Below are positions 57,021-64,000 of a stretch of 64,000 nucleotides of DNA, piece after piece (the stretch's first letter is position 1; each line of letters begins with the position of its first letter). The translations under genes and the position numbers were made by a program. The stretch comes from the human T2T-CHM13v2.0 reference genome, Homo sapiens: assembly GCF_009914755.1 (NCBI RefSeq), contig NC_060933.1; one strand, 5' to 3'. Under the pieces are notes generated by a model, which saw nothing but the letters and a program-made list of their open reading frames with translations, made no database searches and was not told where the DNA came from.

Positions 57021-60000
57021 CCATTCCTTTCCATTCCATTGCATTCCATTCCATTCCATTCCGGATGATTCCATTCCATTGCATTCCATTCCATTCCATT
57101 CCCCTGCACTCAGGTTGATTCCATTCCATTCCATTACATTACATTCCGTTCCATTCCATTCCATTCCTTTCGGATTGATTCTATTCAATTCCCTTACACT
57201 CCATTACATTCCATTCCATTCGGGTATTTTCCATTCCATTCCATTCCATTCCTCTCCATTCCATTGCACTCGGGTTGATTCCATTCCATTCCATTCCATT
57301 CCATTCCATTCCATTCCATTCCATTGCATTCCGTTCCATTGTACTCGGGTTGATTCCATTCCATTGCATTCCATTCCATTCCATTCCATTCCATTCCGTT
57401 CCATTCCATTACATTCGGATTGATTCTATTGAACTCCCTTACTCTCCATTACATTCCATTCCATTCGGGTTGTTCTATTCCATTCCATTCCGTTCCACTC
57501 CATTCCATTGCACTCGGGTTGATTCCATTCCATTCCATTCCATTCCATTCCGGATGATTCCATTCGATTGAATTCCGTTCCATTACATTCCCCTGCACTC
57601 GGGTTGATTCCATTCCATTCCATTCCATTCCATTCGATTCCATTCCATTCCAATTCTTTCCATTCCATTCTATTCCGTACCATGCCATTCCATTCCATAC
57701 AATTCCATTCCATTCCATTCCACTCCGTTCCGTTCCGTTCCGTTCCGTACCGTTCCATTCCATTCCATTCCATTCTATTCGGTTTAATTCCATTCCATTC
57801 CATTCCATTCCATTCTATTCCATTCCATTGCAATCGAGTTGAATCCATTGCATTCCATTCCATTCCATTCCATTCCATTCCATTCCATTCCATTCCGGAA
57901 GATTCCATTCCATTGCATTCCATTCCATTCCATTCCATTCCATTCCATTCCATTGTACTCGGGTTGATTCCATTCCATTGCATTCCATTCCATTCCAGTC
58001 CATTCCATTCCGTTCCATTCCATTCCATTACATTCGGATTGATTCTTTTCAACTCCCTTACTCTCCATTACATTCCATTCCATTCGGGTTGTTCCATTCC
58101 ATTCCATTCCATTCCACTCCATTCCATTGCACTCGGGTTGATTCCATTCCATTCCATTCCATTCCATTCCATTCCGGAAGATTCCATTCCATTGCATTCC
58201 GTTCCATTACATTCCCCTGCACTCGGGTTGATTCCATTCCATTCCATTCCATTCCATTCCATTCCATTCCCCTGCACTCGCGTTGATTCCATTCCATTCC
58301 ATTCCATTCCATTCCATTCCATTCCATTCCATTCGTGTTGATTCCATTCCTTTCCATTCCATTCGGTTTGAACGCATTCCAATCCATTCCATTCCCTTCC
58401 ATTCCATTCCATTCCATTCCATTCCATTGTACTCGGGTTGATTCCATTCCATTGCATTCCATTCCATTCCATTCCATTCCATTCCATTCCATTCCATTCC
58501 GTTGCATTCTATTCCATTACATTCAGATTGATTCTATTCAACTCCCTTACTCTCCATTACATTCCATTCCATTCGGGTTGTTCCATTCCATTCCATTCCA
58601 TTCCACTCCATTCCATTGCACTCGGGTTGATTCTATTCCATTCCATTCCATTCCATTCCATTCCATTCCATTCCGGATGATTCCATTCCATTGCATTCCG
58701 TTCCATTACATTCCCCTGCACTCGCGTTGATTCCATTCCATTCCATTCCATTCAATTCCATTCCATTACAATTCGTTCCATTCCATTCTAGTCCGTTCCG
58801 TTCCATTCCATTCCATTCCATTCCATTCCGTTCCGTTCCATTCCATTCCATTCCATTCCATTCCATTCCATTCCGCATGATTCCATTCCATTGCATTCCG
58901 TTCCATTACATTCCCCTGCACTCGGGTTAATTCCATTCCATTCCATTCCATTCCATTCCATTCCATTCCATTCCATTCGGATTGATTCTATTCAATTCCC
59001 TTACACTCCATTACATTCCATTCCATTCCGGTAGTTTCCATTCCATTCCATTCCATTCCTCTCCATTCTATTGCACTCGGGTTGATTCCATTCTATTTCA
59101 TTCCATTCCATTCCATTCCATTCCATTACATTCCATTCCATTCCGTTCCATTGTACTCGGGTTGATTCCATTCCATTGCATTCCATTCCATTCCATTCCA
59201 TTCCATTCCATTCCATTCCATTCCATTCCGTTCCATTCCATTACATTCGGATTGATTCTATTCAACTCCCTTACTCTCCATTACATTCCATTCCATTCGG
59301 GTTGTTCCATTCCATTCCATTCCATTCCACTCCATTCCATTGCACTCGGGTTGATTGCATTCCATTCCATTCCATTCCATTCCGGATGATTCCATTCCAT
59401 TGCATTCCATTCCATTCCATTCCCCTGCACTCGGGTTGATTCCATTCCATTCCATTCCATTCCATTCCATTCCATTCCATTCCTTTCCATTCCAGTCCTT
59501 TCCATTCCATTCCACTCGGGTTGATTCCATTCTATTAGCTTCCATTCCATTCCATTCCCCTCCATTACACTCTGATTCATTCCATTCCTTGCCATTCCAC
59601 TCGAATACATTACCTCCTATTCGACTCGGAACGATTCCATTCCATTCCATTCCATTCCATTCCATTCCATTCCATTCCACTCGTGTTGATTCCATTCCTT
59701 TCCATTCCATTCGGTTTGAAGGCATTCCATTCTTTTCCATTCCATTCCATTCCATTCCATTCCATTCCATTCCATTGTAGTCGGGTTGATTCCATTCCAT
59801 TGCATTCCATTCCATTCCATTCCATTCCTTTCCATTCCGTTGCATTCCATTCCATTACATTCGGATTGATTATATTCAACTCCCTTACTCTCCATTACAT
59901 TCCATTCCATTCGGGTTGTTCCATTCCATTCCATTCCATTCCACTCCATTCCATTGCACTCGGGTTGATTCCATTCCATTCCATTCCATTCCATTCCATT

Positions 60001-63000
60001 CCATTCCATTCCATTCCGGATGATTCCATTCCATTGCATTCCATTCCATTACATTCCCCTGCACTCGGGTTGATTCCATTCCATTCCATTCCATTCCATT
60101 CAATCCCATTCCATTACAATTCATTCCATTCCATTCTATTCCGTACCATTCCATTCCATTCCATACCATTCCATTCCATTCCATTCCATTCCATTCCCTT
60201 CCATTCCGTTCCATTCCATTCCATTCCATTCCATTCCATTCTATTCGGGTTAATTCCATTCCATTCCATTCAATTCCATTCCATTCTATTCCATTCCATT
60301 GCAATCGAGTTGAATCCATTGCATTTCATTCCATTCCATTCCATTCCATTCCATTCCATTCCAGAAGATTCCATTACATTGCATTCCATTCCATTCCATT
60401 CCCCTGCACTCGCGTTGATTCCATTCCATTCCATTCCATCCCATTCCATCCATTCCGTTCCATTCCGTTCCATTCCTTTCCATTCCATTCCATTCCATTC
60501 CGTTCCGTTCCATTCCATTCCATTCCATTCTATTCGGGTTAATTCCATTCCATTCCATTCGATTGCAATCGAGTTGATTCCATTCCATTCCATTCCATTC
60601 CATTCCATTCCATTCCATTCCTTTCCATTCCATTATGGATGATTCCATTCCATTGCATTCCATTCCATTCCATTCCCCTATACTCGGGTTGATTCCATTC
60701 CATTCCATTCCAATCCACGCCATTCCACTCGTGTTGATTCCATTCTTTCCATTCCATTCAAGTTGAATCCATTCCATTGCATTCCATTCCATTCGATTCC
60801 ATTCGATTGCACTCGGGTTGATTCCATTCCATTCCATTCCATTCCATTCCATTCCGTTCCGTTCCATTCCATTCCATTCCATTCCATTCCGTTCCGTTCC
60901 ATTCCATTCCATTCCATTCTATTCGGGTTAATTCCATTCCATTCCATTCGATTGCAATGGAGTTGATTCCATTCCATTCCATTCCATTCCATTCCATTCC
61001 ATTCCATTCCATTCCATTCCTTTCCATTCCATTACGGATGATTCCATTCCATTGCATTCCATTCCATTCCATTCCCCTGCACTCGGGTTGATTCCATTCC
61101 ATTCCACTCCATTCCGTTCCATTCCATTCCATTCCATTGTATTCGGGTTAATTCCATTCCATTCCATTCCATTCCATTAAAATCGAGTTGATTCCATTCC
61201 ATTCCATTCCATTCCATTCCACTCCATTCCATACCACTCCTTTCCATTCCATTCCACTCAGGTTGATTGCATTCTATTAGTTTCCATTCCATTCCATTCC
61301 CTTCCATTCCACTCTGGTTGATTCCATTCCTTTCCATTCCACTCGAATACATTCCCTCCTATTCCACTAGGAACGATTCCATTCCATTCCATTCCATTCC
61401 ATTCCATTCCATTTCGTTCCATTCCATTCTATTCCGTATCATTCCATTCCATTCCATTCCATTCCATTCCATTCCATTCCATTCCATTCCACTCGTGTTG
61501 ATTCCATTCCTTTCCATTCCATTCGTTTTGAAGGCATTCCATTCCATTCCATTCCATTCCATTCCATTCCATTCCATTCCATTGCATTCCATTGTACTTG
61601 GGTTGATTCCATTCCATTGCATTCCATTCCATTCCTTTCCATTCCATTCCATTCCATTCCGTTGCATTCCATTCCATTACATTCGGATTGATTCTATTCA
61701 ACTCCCTTACTCTCCATTACATTCCGTTCCATTCGGGTTGTTCCATTCCATTCCATTCCATTCCACTCCCTTCCATTGCACTCGGGTTGATTCCATTCCA
61801 TTCCATTCCATTCCATTCCATTCCGGATGATGCCATTCCATTGCATTCCGTTCCATTACATTCCCCTGCACTTGCGTTGATTCCATTCCATTCCATTCCA
61901 TTCCATTCAATTCCATTCCATTACAATTCGTTCCATTCCATTCTATTCCGTACCATTCCATTCCATTCCATACCATTCCATTCCATTCCATTCGGTTCCA
62001 TTCCTTTCCATTCCATTCCATTCCATTCTATTCGGGTTAATTCCATTCCATTCCATTCCATTCTATTCCAATCCATTGCAATCGAGTTGAATCCATTGCA
62101 TTTCATTCCATTCCATTCCATTCCATTCCATTCCGGAAGATTCCATTCCATTGCATTCCATTCCATTCCATTCCCCTGCACTCGCGTTGATTCCATTCCA
62201 TTCCATTCCATTCCATTCCATTCCATTCCATTCCGTTCCGTTCCGTTCCGTTCTGTTCCATTCCATTCCATTCCATTCCATTCCATTCCATTCCGTTCCG
62301 TTCCATTCCATTCCATTCCATTCTATTCGGTTTAATTCCATTCCATTCCATTCGATGGCAATCGAGTTGATTCCATTCCATTCCATTCCATTCCATTCCA
62401 TTCCATTCCATTCCATTCCTTTCCATTCCATTACGAATGATTCCATTCCATTGCATTCCATTCCATTCCATTCCCCTGTACTCGGGTTGATTCCATTCCA
62501 TTCCATTCCAATCCATGCCATTCCACTCGTGTTGATTCCATTCTATCCATTCCATTCAAGTTGAATCCATTCCATTGCATTCCATTCCATTCGATTCCAT
62601 TCGATTGCACTCGGGTTGATTCCATTCCATTGCATTCCATTCCATTCCATTCCATTCCATTCCGTTCCATTCCATTCCATTACATTCGGATTGATTCTAT
62701 TCAATTCCCTTACACTCCATTACATTCCATTCCATTCGGGTAGTTTCCATTCCATTCCATTCCATTCTTCTCCATTCCATTGCACTCGGGTTGATTCCAT
62801 TCCATTGCATTCCATTCCATTCCATTCAATTCCATTCCTTTCCATTGCATTCCATTACATTCGGATTGATTCTATTCAACTCCCTTACTCTCCAGTACAT
62901 TCCATTCCATTCGGGTTGTTCCATTCCTTTCCATTCCATTCCACTCCATTCCATTGCACTCGGGTTTATTCCATTCCATTCCATTCCATTCCATTCCATT

Positions 63001-64000
63001 CCATTCCAGAAGATTCCATTCCATTGCATTCCATTCCATTCCATTCCCCTGCACTCGCGTTGATTCCATTCCATTCCATTCCATTCCATTCCATTCCATT
63101 CCATTCCTTTCCGTTCCATTCCATTCCATTCCACTCCAATCCATTCCGTTCCGTTCCGTTCCGTTCCATTCCATTCCATTCCATTCTATTCGGGTTAATT
63201 CCATTGCATTCCATTCGATTGCAATCGAGTTGATTCCATTCCATTCCATTCCATTCCATTCCATTCCATTCCATTCCTTTCCATTCCATTACGGATGATT
63301 CCATTCCATTGCATTCCATTCCATTCCATTCCCCTGTACTCGGGTTGATTCCATTCCATTCCATTCCAATCCATGCCATTCCACTCGTGTTGATTCCATT
63401 CTTTCCATTCCATTCAAGTTGAATCCATTCCATTGCATTCCATTCCATTCCATTCCCCTGCAGTCGCGTTGATTCCATTCCATTCCATTGCATTCCATTC
63501 CATTCCATTCCATTCCGTTCCGTTCCATTCCATTCCATTCCATTCTATTCGAGTTAATTCCATTCCATTCCATTCCATTCCATTCCAATCGATTTGATTC
63601 CATTCCATTCCATTCCATTCCATTCCACTCCATTCCAGTCCTTTCCATTCCATTCCAGTCGGGTTGATTCCAATGTATTCCTTTCCATTCCATTCCATTC
63701 CATTGCAGTCGAGTTGATTCCATTGCTTTGCATTCCATTCCATTCCATTCCATTCCGGATGATTCCATTCCATTGCATTCCATTCCATTCCATTCCCCTG
63801 CACTCGGGTTGATTCCATTCCATTCCACTCCATTCCATTCCATTCCATTCCATTCCATTCCATTCCATTCCATTCCATTACAATCGAGTTGATTCCATTC
63901 CATTAAATTCCATTCCAGTCCTTTCCATTCCATTCCACTCGTGTTGATTCCATTCTATTAATTTCCATTCCATTCCATTCCTTTCCATTCCACTCTGGTT
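56946..64000 (-). repeat. Human Satellite III array in inverted orientation ((ATTCC)n on +)
   Basis: Sequence switches to CCATT pentamers with ACTCGGGTTG / AATCGAGTTG nodes, the reverse complements of the left-arm motifs, and stays so to the window end. Confidence 0.98.
60760..62560 (-). repeat. ~1.8-kb higher-order unit in the inverted arm
   Basis: The landmark TTCAAGTTGAATCC with its flanking CGATTCCATTCGATTGC recurs 1798 bp apart (ORFs 60763/62561). A similar 1832-bp spacing is seen at the left end (2928/4760). Confidence 0.7.

Noticed and set aside
56706-57118. ORFs crossing the junction (e.g. ...NQPECIPLHFGCS..., MEWNGAAKMQWNALG...)
   Set aside because: Chance read-through between two stop-free repeats; nothing in the sequence supports translation.
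56500-57400. Fold-back chimeric read or assembly artefact as the cause of the inversion
   Set aside because: The two arms are not mirror images: node order and private variants differ on each side. A simple hairpin artefact is therefore unlikely, though read support should still be checked.
1-64000. Hundreds of ORFs up to 385 aa (poly-MEWNG and poly-IPFHS)
   Set aside because: (GGAAT)n and (ATTCC)n contain no stop codon in any frame and supply an ATG every 5 bp, so overlapping ORFs in all frames are expected. There are no domains or gene structure.
1-64000. CRISPR-like or other repeat-spacer system suggested by recurring nodes separated by variable stretches
   Set aside because: The 'spacers' are the same pentamer rather than unique sequence, there is no leader or cas gene, and the DNA is primate satellite.
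1-64000. HSat2, alpha satellite/CENP-B boxes, telomeric repeats, Alu/L1 insertions
   Set aside because: No HSat2-type CATTCGATGATG 23/26-bp units, 171-bp monomers, TTAGGG tracts or interspersed repeat sequence were seen.

Overview
The whole 64-kb window is human/great-ape Satellite III (HSat3): a (GGAAT)n pentamer array interrupted by CAACCCGAGT-type decamer nodes. I see no unique sequence, transposon, RNA gene or real protein-coding gene. All ORFs in the track are artefacts of a pentamer that has no stop codon in any frame, giving poly-MEWNG and poly-IPFHS. Recalled probe motifs point to the chr9q12 HSat3 family, which needs confirming. The main structure is a strand inversion at ~56,946-56,949: G-rich strand on + to the left, on - to the right. 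The arms join through a shared palindromic TGCA, next to a hyper-diverged ~70-bp patch and a spliced-in ~350-bp block. Upstream is a patchwork of nested duplications (offsets ~0.35, 0.4, 3.0, 7.0, 8.8, 11.1, 12.4, 13.2 and 23.7 kb). It carries variant cassettes absent from both ends of the window, and the two ends share private variants in opposite orientation. About 30 perfect heat-shock elements (nGAAnnTTCnnGAAn) occur at one specific node variant. I found no new gene-based system; the interesting signal is architectural and regulatory. All counts and offsets were read by eye or from matching ORF-track coordinates and are approximate.
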